This document shows positions 10,660 through 20,806 of a stretch of DNA of 64,000 nucleotides, one piece after another. Source of the stretch: the human T2T-CHM13v2.0 reference genome, Homo sapiens; assembly GCF_009914755.1 (NCBI RefSeq), contig NC_060948.1. The stretch is one strand, 5' to 3'. The notes under the pieces are model-generated. The model was not told where the DNA came from. It did not search any database and saw nothing but the letters and a program-made list of their open reading frames with translations. The position numbers were made by a program, and so were the translations under genes. How positions within the stretch are numbered: position 1 is the stretch's first letter; every line of letters starts with the position of its first letter.

Positions 10660-13560
10660 GATAACTGACACTGGATGTCCATACCATTACTCAGGTGGGC
10701 CTTAATTCCCAGCCAGGTTCCCTCCCTGGACACACACTGAAGGTCCCCAGCCATTTGGCAATCTCTTCACATTCCCAGCCCTGGAGGTAGCCCTAAAATA
10801 CATGTACCTGAAGAAAATAAAACATTGCCTCACACTGGAGCCCAGTGTGGTCCTCCAGATTCCGTGTGAGGTGGACTAACTTATATGGGAAGGCAGGGCA
10901 GCGGGAGTGAGGATGGCAGAGAGGATTACACATGTCAAGGCAGCCGGGGTCATGGAAACAAAACATGACTGGCCTGGGAGAAACACTGTGAAAGGACACA
11001 GACCTAGGTGGGCCTCAGGTGGACATCCTCGTGGAGAAAAAGGGGGCCCTGGTTGATCTCAAAATGAGCCCCAGGTGGTAGCAGGTCTTACCGCAGGGCA
11101 GGGAGCTGGCGAGTAATGATGAGACAGCTATCCCTTAAGCCCTGCTTGTCACCCACTGACTTTAGCCACATATGCATCATAGTGGCTTAAGGTGCCCCGA
11201 TCCTGAAATGTGGGTGTTACATGTCCCTGATGGGCCTCTCTCCCCCAGCCCACGGATTGCCTGGGATTGCTCACTGCAGTCTCCTCCCGGATCCTTGGGT
11301 TCTCCATGTGGGGCCCAGATCCAGGTCAAAAGGCCTCTCAGTTCCCAGCCCTTCCCAGCCCTAGGCTGCTCGCCTGGCCTCCTCTCTGTTCCGCCTCTAG
11401 GGCTGACCCTCTCTCCATGGGATAGAACTGCAATGGATTGAGCCATAGGCCCTGGCTGATGATCTAGGGGACTGCAGAAGTGGGTCCAGGACAGTTCAGG
11501 TGACAGTTCAAAGCCAATTCCCCAGAGACCAAGGAATGACCAGCTAGGTCCTTTCCCATGATGCCCCACGGCGAACCCCACCTCAGCAATCCTGCCAAAA
11601 CCCGGGCAGTCATGTTCAGCCAAACAGCTGAATGAGCTCAGGTAGGAGGTGTACTGCCTGCAGCTGGAGGCTTGACCTTCGTGATCCCAGAACCGCTGGA
11701 CTGCAGTGGAATGAGACACCCTGTAGCCTGCAGGGAGAGGAGTCAGGAAGGTTCATGCCAGTCCCACCCTCCCACACACCAGCTCCCCTACCATGCTGGG
11801 AGGCATTCCTTACCGAGGATGCCAACACAGTGCTCCTTCATGATGATTTCACTGTGGAAATAAAGGTTGGGATGAAAGGAAATCATCCTGCCACCGGTAA
11901 CCGGGATGGCTGAGTTCCTCCACCTGCCGGATCAAGGAGAAAGAGGATGGATTCAATGGGACCATCTCAACTAGCCGGGCTGAGGTGGCCTACTAGCTGT
12001 AGTGAACCATGAGTTTCCCCTTCCCAGCTCTCCCACTGAGACAACCCTGGTCCCCAGGGGGACCTCAAACTGACTCAGACACTGGACTCCTCCCACAGAC
12101 CCAGGCTCCCCAGCCTGACCTGCAAATCCATCACGTAGCAAAGCAGGACTTCCGCATGCTTTCCGACCCACGCCGACATCTCGTGTGCCAAACAATCTAC
12201 CTCTGCGCAAGAACTCTCCAGAGGATTGGGTGGGCAAGCCTCGTGACGCCTTGCAATTTCGCAAGAACACAGACAATGTGGAACAGGGCCATCTCCCAGA
12301 CATTTGGCCAGTCACCCTTCATTGTTGGCCCTCTATCTCTGTCTGGCGAGGAGGCAACGCCACAACTGTGGTGGTTTTTGGAGTGGGTGGACCCCGGCCA
12401 AGACGGCCTGGGCTGACCAGAGACGGGAGGCAGAAAAAGTGGGCAGGTGGTTGCAGCTGAGGGACGGGAGGGGCCGGGGGTGGTGTGAGGCGGCTGCTTC
12501 TCTGAGTTTCTGAGATGCAGGAGGCCTTTGTGTGCTGGGTGCTGGACATGCTCCGCTGATGTCCGGGTGTGTGGTGTCCTCTTATCCTAGTCTCCCTGAG
12601 GGGTGGGCCTGTCCACCTGAGGGAAGCCTTGTAGTTAGAAGCCACAGCAGGGTCGTGCCTGGCGCTCTCCAAGGGAATTGCGTGGGTCCAGAGGAAGTTA
12701 TACAGGCTCAGGGCCTACACGCCTTTGAGTGCAGCGCCTGCAGTTGGATGAATGCGCATCTGCGGAGCTGGTGCCCGCCGTCAGGTGGTCGGCAGCCCCA
12801 TGCGCCGCGAACCCGTCTTAAGCACCTTGTGTTTCTGGGGTGAGCCTGCTGGAAACAGGCACCGAGAGCAGGGGTGGTTCAATGGCTGGTAATGGCATAC
12901 AGATTCCCCGTCCTCCAGGGACGTTCCCAGGGAAACGCGTCCTTCGAATTTGGGCTGTGCGCAAAGGGACCTTGGCGCCGCGATTCTCCCTTGTCAGTGC
13001 TGGCCCTGGCTCCCCTTCCCTACCACGTGCTCCCAGGGCTGCTACAAGCGAGCTGCCCTCACAGCTGCGGGAACGTGGCCTCGGCTCCCACGCTGTCCCC
13101 CATCCCCTGCCTCCTGGCTGACCCCACGCGCCTCCCACCTGGCTCCTCCCCCCAAACAGCCCCCATACCCCCCGAGGCCCGATGACTATCCCCTGCTGCC
13201 CGCCGTCCCAAATCGGCAGCCGCAAGGATATGGCTCTGGCTCACAAGGCGGAGATGCTCTGTGGCCTAGGGCATTCACGGAGCCCAGCTCCAAGTGAAGG
13301 ACCTCCAGCGAGTCCATTGACGGCCCCGGTGTGCTCGGTCCAGGGCCAGGCTGTGCCCGCTGGCCCTCCTTCTGCCACCCCACGTCGGGCTCCACCTCAA
13401 CCACCACCTCCACCTCAGCCATGATGTCTTCCACCTTCAGCACCGCCTCCTCTTCCAAGGCCGCCTCCTTGCTCTGTACCCCGGCCGTCCTCTCCAGCAT
13501 TGCCTCCAGCCTGAACACGGTTTTCTCCTGGGTGCTCCCACAGACCCTGGGCCTGCGCAG
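10660..13560 (-). pseudogene. TSPY-family relic A (unprocessed, exons 1-5 homologs), divergent from TSPY, unit 1
   Basis: Exon 1 homolog ~13560-13232 (VCGSTQEKTVFRLEA...DIMAEVEVV), exon 2 12196-12120, exon 3 11923-11814, exon 4 11727-11582, exon 5 11463-11374; AG acceptors are intact for exons 2-5 and GT donors for exons 2-4. Confidence 0.92.
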
Positions 13561-15150
13561 CCCAGCCCAGCCCAGCCCATGCCCCGCACCCGTAGGCTCT
13601 GGGGGCCCGCTCCCCAGCAGACCCGCTCCCTGCAAGACCCACGGGCGTCGCCCTGCTGTGAACCTGGTCCCACACCTACGTGGACCCAGGTTTCCTGAGG
13701 AGCTCCGCTGGACCCGCAGATCCCGCACTGGCCAAAGGGCTCCGGTCCCCAGCAGGCTCAACTGCGCACAGGAGCTCGGGAGCCAGAGGCCCCGGCCCTG
13801 GGCTTGCAGAGCCCCACCAACAGGCACCGCAACCGCTGCTGCGGGTGCGGGAGCCTCTGGGTCGTCAAGGCAGCGCACAACAGCGTGCGCGCAGGCCGAC
13901 AATGGCCAACCCTGGCGGCTGGCCTCTGGTGTGCCCAGGGCATAGGACAAGAGGCCCTTTGGAATGCTCCTTGGAGTACAGCATCCTCAGGGAGGAAGCA
14001 TGGTACTCGGAGCCTCTATTTGCCTCGACCTGTGAGAGTGTGTGCCGGGGCTCTGGCCTCTACAGCAGATCAATTCCACCTCAGCACCGGCAGGCGACTT
14101 TCCTCCCACGTGCCCGCCCCGATCACTTCCCCCAGGACACCCCTGCCGCCCTAGCCCCAGCAACCAGAGAGAGTTCTCTGCATCTTCTGTATTACCTCCG
14201 TACCATCTACCTGGCCTGCCTAACGAAGAGAGATGTTTCCTGTGTTCATGACACATAGAGATGTTCATGGCTTGCCACACTGAGGATGTCAGGGCACAGG
14301 GCTGCCATGCCCACAATTCCAAAGGCCACGCAGCCCGCGTGTGCCCGGATGCCTAGCTACCCGGCACAAGCTCCAAGGGCTTCTCGGAGGAGGCTTGGGC
14401 AGGGAAGGCGGGGGGGTGGGGGGGCTGGAGATGCAGGCCCGCCAGTGGCTGTGCCGCCCAGGGAGACGCCCACCGCCCTCCCATTGATTGGCCACGACGG
14501 GAGGAAGTCGGCCTGGGTGCGGCCCCCCGGCCCTTCGCGCGCAGTCCCTTAGGGGGCGCCTGGAAGCCCGGCGCATGCGCCCTGAGGGCTCGCTGACCTA
14601 CCGGGTGCCAGAGAGGCTGCGGCAGGGTTTCTGTGGCGTGGGTCGGGCAGCACAGGCCTTGGTGTGTGCGAGTGCCAAGGAGGGCACCGCCTTCAGGATG
14701 GAGGCTGTGCAGGAGGGGGCGGCCGGGGTGGAGAGTGAGCAGGCGGCTTTGGGGGAGGAGGCGGTGCTGCTGTTGGATGACATAATGGCGGAGGTGGAGG
14801 TGGTGGCGGAGGAGGAGGGCCTCGTGGAGCGGCGGGAGGAGGCCCAGCGGGCACAGCAGGCTGTGCCTGGCCCTGGGCCCATGACCCCAGAGTCTGCACT
14901 GGAGGAGCTGCTGGCCGTTCAGGTGGAGCTGGAGCCGGTTAATGCCCAAGCCAGGAAGGCCTTTTCTCGGCAGCGGGAAAAGATGGAGCGGAGGCGCAAG
15001 CCCCACCTAGACCGCAGAGGCGCCGTCATCCAGAGCGTCCCTGGCTTCTGGGCCAATGTTGTATCCTTCTCAGTGTTTCTTCGGCCTTTCTAGTGGAGAG
15101 GTGCTCTCGGGGAAGTGTAAGTGACCGATGGGCAGCTCGGCGTCGATGTG
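12700..15150. promoter_or_regulatory. CpG island / likely bidirectional TATA-less promoter shared by TSPY and relic A
   Basis: GC- and CpG-rich compared with flanks; GC boxes, inverted CCAAT at 14487-14491, GGAAGT at 14503-14508 and GCGCATGCGC at 14571-14580. Confidence 0.75.
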
Positions 15151-17137
15151 ACTCTTTGGGGAACAAAGGGGAGTTGCCACGGACCAGTGTGGCTGTGGAA
15201 AGCCGGAGCAGGCGTGGGTACTATTGTCCTGCATGCGGCAGAGAAACCCTTGGTGATGCCGAGCAGCAGACGTTTGGGGCATCTTTTTGAAGAGCAGAAG
15301 CGAGTTCAGAGCGGAAGAGGTTTTTCAGTGAATAAAGCTATTTTTAAGGGAGTGTGATTGCTGCCCCTTGCTAGTCCGATCTGGGACTGGGCGTCTTCGG
15401 CTATAAGCAGATTCTGCCACTCCTCAGACACCAGCAAGTCTCTGCAAATCGCGCCTCCCCATGTCAGTGCAGTCAGCCTCAGAATCATACACCCTCTGTG
15501 AACACAGGAGGCCTTAGTTTACGGGGAGGGGGAGGCGAAAGGAGATCATACATGGAAGCAGATCTGAGAAATCCCCTACCCCAGCCTCTGGGTGCTCTTA
15601 GGCCTTCTTCCCTGTTGCTCCTCGCTTTCCCTTCCATCGTGTGTAAAGTCTCTTTGACCTAAATCAGATTGCAAACCACCCCCAGATGTCAGCCCTGATC
15701 ACTGACGAAGATGAAGACATGCTGAGCTACATGGTCAGCCTGGAGGTGAGGCCAGGAAGACTGGGGCTAGAGGGTTTAGCGGGGGAGGGTAAGGGAAATA
15801 ATTCATTCCTGTAAGCAAGAGTGAGCACCTCACCCGAAAACCTATCTAAGCTTTCTCCACCTTGTCCTGACAGGTGGAAGAAGAGAAGCATCCTGTTCAT
15901 CTCTGCAAGATCATGTTGTTCTTTCGGAGTAACCCCTACTTCCAGAATAAAGTGATTACCAAGGAATATCTGGTGAACATCACAGGTGACAGGTGGCTCC
16001 CAGGATGGGTAGTGGAAGGAAGATGGTGGGTGGATCATTGCCAACGGGATCCAGCCCCCTTCCCACAAAAACTCCTGTCTCTGTAGAATACAGGGCTTCT
16101 CATTCCACTCCAATTGAGTGGTATCCGGATTATGAAGTGGAGGCCTATCGCCGCAGACACCACAACAGCAGCCTTAACTTCTTCAACTGGTTCTCTGACC
16201 ACAACTTCGCAGGATCTAACAAGATTGCTGAGGTGAGTCCTCACTGGGAAACATGAGGAATGACCCCATGTGTTCCCAGCTGCTTGGGTCACCTTTCTGA
16301 GCCCTGATGAGGCCTTTCCCGATTGAGTCCCCTGACAGATCCTATGTAAGGACCTGTGGCGCAATCCCCTGCAATACTACAAGAGGATGAAGCCACCTGA
16401 AGAGGGAACAGAGACGTCAGGTGAGCCGTTAGTTGGCACTGGAGCTGTTTGATGCCCAGTATAAGGGGGTTGACACACCTGCCTATTCAGGGAGCCTGGG
16501 TGCTCATTTCAGAAATGTAGAAATTGAGGCTCCTTTCGTACATGTAGAAATTCCTTGAGAGGAAGACAGAGAGTGACAGAATCCAGGACGTTCATGGCAT
16601 TGGGCTGAAAAGGCACGTTAGAGACTGCACTGCAAAGCGGGTGATAGCTGTGGAGTCTTAAGCCCAGTGAAGAATCGTCCATTTCCAGAATCAATGAGAA
16701 GTAAAGCTGAAAATCATTCAGTTCAGTCTGTGGCACTTGATTCCACGGCTGTCAACCCCACCGGCAGTCATCCCGCCAACCCCATGAGATTGGGCTCCCT
16801 GAATGTGCGTCCTGGTCATCCTTGCCCCAAACCACAAAGGACTGTTTAGATTGATGGATTTCCTTAAGCTGTTGCCCCATCAGACTTGTGTGTGCTTTTA
16901 GGGTCCAGTGCATCTTGTTAGCTGACTCCCCTCACAGACAATACTGGGAATGGGGCAGGGATTGCGCAGAACAGTTTGTAACACGTGGTAGGAGGAAGTT
17001 TAAGGGATCACAAATGGGGAAGGGATATCCTTTTCTCAGCGGGCCCCACAATTGAAACATTTCAAAGTATGGCTCAGAGAAAATGCGTTTTAACATGAGT
17101 TTGTGTTTCTCTAGGGGACTCCCAGTTGTTGAGTTGA
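14575..17137 (+). CDS. TSPY: Testis-specific Y-encoded protein (NAP/SET family), copy 1, 308 aa, 6 exons
   Basis: Exons 14575-15060, 15668-15745, 15874-15985, 16087-16232, 16339-16420, 17115-17137, all GT-AG. Translation [17 protein letters not shown]...FWANV|IANHPQMS...|VEEEKHPVH...|...NKIAE|[14 protein letters not shown]...|GDSQLLS*. Confidence 0.97.
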
Positions 17138-17307
17138 ATATGATGGAGCATCAGATTTTACCTAATACAGCAGAACTCCTAAAAAGTTACAGCCATATGC
17201 AGGACGGCAGTACTCAGCATGGTCTTATGCACAGGAACTAAAGGAAAAAGAGATCGAGTCACAAAAATTCAGGAAGAGGGGGTAAATGTGGATTGTATGG
17301 AATGAAA

Positions 17308-17392
17308 AATAAACATTCTCAAGGATGTGTGACTCTGTGTCTGTGTGTGTGTGTGTGTCTTTGTGTTTGTGTGTGTGTGTGTCTGTGTGTGT
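17308..17392 (+). terminator. TSPY poly(A) signal AATAAA with downstream GT-rich/(TG)n element
   Basis: AATAAA at 17308-17313, ~170 nt after the stop codon, followed by TGTG repeats. Confidence 0.85.
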
Positions 17393-20054
17393 ATGTTTAT
17401 CCACTTTATTCGGGTGTCATAATGAATTGATCAATCCACGTGCTTTATTCTCTTCATGGAAATAACCAGTCTGCGTTGGAGCTGGGCCTCTAAAGTTGTA
17501 GAGTGAATGGGTGTGGGATGTGTTGGGATTCTTCCTACAGGACAGAGTGGGAGAGGTAAAAGCAAAAGACAGCTTAGTTGGAGGCTGACTTCGTCCTATG
17601 GAAGCAGAGATAGTTCAAGGAAAGGGGTTACTGGGTTTCCAGGGCCCAGTTTGCTGGGACCTCCAAAATCCTTCATTTTGGGTATCATCATACACAGTAG
17701 CTAAGCACAGGATGATGGAAATCTTAAAGTTCGCTTTCGTGTTGAATCCACATGTTCTTTTAAAGGTGAATGCATGATCCTTTTCTGGGACAATCAGCCT
17801 CTCAGGACTTCTGAAACATCAACGTGAGAAGAAATGGGCATGTAAGGTGTATGGAGGGACTGTGGGAAAGGTGACAGAGGCATGTGGGAAGGCATTCAGG
17901 ATACGCTTTTGGCAGACATGACTAAGGGAAAACAGAAACTTACAGAAGTGAGGGGAAAGGGGGTGGATTAGTGGAATATAAGATTGTTGGAGAATCCATC
18001 CATGGACTCTCTTGTCACTTGATGACCCAGGATATGGACACTCTTGTTGATGTTTACATCTTTAGTTGTTTTAAGCTTTTCTCCAAGATTCTGTGTTAGG
18101 TGAGGAGCCAATAACGTATGTAGCTAACAACAGTACGAGTGCATTTTGTGCTCTTGCAAAGTCTAGTGAGGCTCTATTCTCCCTCGTGATTGGCACTGCA
18201 GATTGTATCTGGACCCAGGGCCCCTAAATTTTCTGTGGCCTCTTCAGCATAGTTTGCCTAAGGTTTAGAACGTAAAGTGAATATAGTTGCGGAATATGTT
18301 TTGCAAGCCTCACACAGGAGGACAAAACATACAGCTTTCATTCGCGAGTGGGAGGCTGCTTCCCAGGAACACGTGTGTCTGCACAAGACAAGGGGTTGCC
18401 TCTGTCAAGGATGGGGCAGGAGGATTTCAGTGTCGGAGGCAGAACTTTCTTTCCTGTTCCCAGATGAAACAGTTCCAACACGAGCATCCATGTTGACCAC
18501 ACGCTACTAGAGTGCTAACATTGCTGTCCCGTATAGACTCCAGTCAGCACAGCTTCTGTGAGAAGAGCTATGTTGTTTCAGGGAAGAGGGTTTGACAGTC
18601 AAAGTTCCTGAATCTGTTGTGGTGCCTGCAATATGCATTCTACACCTCCTGCTCGGTGTCAAAGCAGTTGAGCTTTGAAAATCTATCGCCCGGTTTTGTC
18701 CCTGCTCCTATGCAGACCTCTGAAGCTCTGGAGCGGGAGTCTTGTCCTCCTCTGACTACCGTCCCCCTGACCCACAAACACAGGAGAAACAGGTGTTCTA
18801 AGCAAATTATTCTGAAAACAGTCGGAACACTTTGGCCCCCTCAAGCTGCCCTCTATCCTACTGTGTGCATGTCAAAGACACTGTGGTCCAGTACGGTATC
18901 CCTATAGCGGCAATGGGGCAACAGATTGGTGTGTGCACTCTGGGCAACTCAGATTAGGAAACGTCTGGGGACTTGCCTATAACGAGGTCGTCTTAAAACG
19001 TGTTGCCCCAAATTTAAGGCATAGGAAAATGTTGAGGAAAGGGTCTTGCAATGATTTTTCTAGGAGGTAAATAGATAAGAAAATGACCGTAAATAGATGC
19101 CAGGGCTAGTTTTGGAGCTAGCCTTTTTTAAAGTGGTGGTAGGGGAGGAGGTTTTTCCAAGGCAGGTAGCAAACCAGGAGCTGTCTACGATGGATGGGCG
19201 TGCCATGGGTTGGTGGCTCAGCCATATTGCCACCCCACGGAGTCGATGCAGCAGACTGGGCTTCTTGCTTGAATCCTACGTGCAATTCAGTCTAGTGATT
19301 TCACATGAGATCCCTTCTTCTGGTATTATCACAGATCGTGCTGAATTATACAGGCTGTGTAATGCTTCTTCCACTGAATATCCGTGCACGTGGGCCACAG
19401 ATGCTAAGGGCACTGACAAATTTGCACCGTGCCTCAGTAACTCGGAAGCACATCTGTGATTTGTACCGACAGGGACTTGGTGTCTTTTCGTGTTTAAAGT
19501 AGCACGTGTGTGTTTGTGGTTGCGTATGTTTATTTCTCTGTGCGGGTTTGTATATTTTCTCTGACTCCACCTATGTCTCCGTGGTTCCGATATTTTTCCA
19601 CACTCCCTGCGGCAATTTGCACATGCCTATCTCTACAACCATTGTAGACTTTGTATCTGTGTCTTTGAACATCTGTCACTCTCTCTCCCTTCCTTTTTTC
19701 TTTTCCTTCCTTTACACCCCTCCTTTCATCCTTCCCTTGCTTCCCCACCACACTCTCTCCATCTGTATCGTCTATGTTTCTATTCTCTATCTGGGTTTAC
19801 TTTCTAATTCTGAATTCAAGGGCATTGAATTGAAAAGAAGCACTCTTCGTACTTTTATGTGTTTTAACTCATTTGGGGAATTTGGCGTGGTATTATTTAC
19901 AGGGTTCTCTCTGCCCTTTCTCATTGTTCTCCCCAGCCGGGGCTGTTATTATGTGAAAGCTGGTTTCCTTCATCACATCGCGTAGGCTCTAATGATGTTT
20001 CGTTTATTTTGATTCTCCTCACACTACATAGTTTTAATTTACCTAATGTGACTG

Positions 20055-20360
20055 TTTTTTTGTTTGTTTTCCGAGAATGGGTCTTACTCTGTCTTCTAGG
20101 TTGGACAGCAGCCCCACGATCTCAGCCCACTGCAGCCCAGGCACCACACACCCATGTGATCCTGTCAACTCAGACTCTCACACACCTGGCAGTACAGGTG
20201 CATGCCACCCCTCCAAGCTATGTATTAATTAACTAAATACTTACTTTTTGAATGTGGGTCCATGTTGCCCCAGGCTCATCTGGAACTCCTGAGTGCAGGC
20301 AATCCTCCCACCTCAGCTTATCAAAGTGCTGGGATGACAGGTGTGACCCATGGCCCTGCC
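20055..20360 (-). mobile_element. Old Alu (AluJ-like), diverged
   Basis: T-rich tail, GAGAATGGGTCTTACTCTGTC, GATCTCAGCCCACTGCAGCC, CATGTTGCCCCAGGCT, CAAAGTGCTGGGAT. Confidence 0.85.
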
Positions 20361-20500
20361 ATGGCTTTGTGTTTTTTGCTTTTTTCTTCCTCCTCCTCAC
20401 GTCTTGTTTTGAAACATGCACTGAAGGTTTCAATTCATGGACTATAGCCTCTGTGCCTGGAATTTCTATCTTTCAACTCATCATCAGCATTCATTGGGAT

Positions 20501-20552
<52 letters not shown>

Positions 20553-20806
20553 ATATAAGAATACCTATGTACACACATATATACGTATATACATGTATAT
20601 ACGTATATATGCACATTTATATACGTATATACATGTATATACGTATATATATACATGTACACATATGTATTTATTTCTCAAGTTACGAAACGGCTTGCAT
20701 TCTTTCCTGTGTCATGAAAAAGACTTTGCTAGAAAAGAAAAGCACTGCTTTATAATAAAATATTTTATTTGCATTTATTTTGTTAAGGCATTTTAAAAAT
20801 TGTATG

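Larger units (their letters stand above)
9398..13950 (-). ncRNA. FAM197Y: Probable FAM197Y (CYorf16) opposite-strand transcription unit; extent not determinable, repeated in each unit
   Basis: Established knowledge that each TSPY unit carries an opposite-strand transcript. Intact minus-strand splice sites downstream of the shared CpG island fit this. Coordinates are inferred. Confidence 0.5.

Noticed and set aside
11177-11719. 180-aa minus-strand ORF taken as an independent gene
   Set aside because: Only the first ~46 codons are the exon 4 homolog; the rest reads through an intron and crosses exon 5 out of frame.
13232-15060. Relic A transcript as a natural antisense RNA pairing with TSPY mRNA
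   Set aside because: The genes diverge without evident overlap, and the relic transcript would be sense-homologous to TSPY, not complementary.
14488-15093. 201-aa single-exon ORF taken as the TSPY product
   Set aside because: It starts at a TTG created by the CCAAT-box allele and runs into intron 1. The true start is ATG 14575 and exon 1 ends at 15060.
18060-19080. Several plus-strand acceptor-like motifs downstream of the TSPY poly(A) site
   Set aside because: No consistent exon chain, ORF or recognisable homology; cannot be supported without transcript data.
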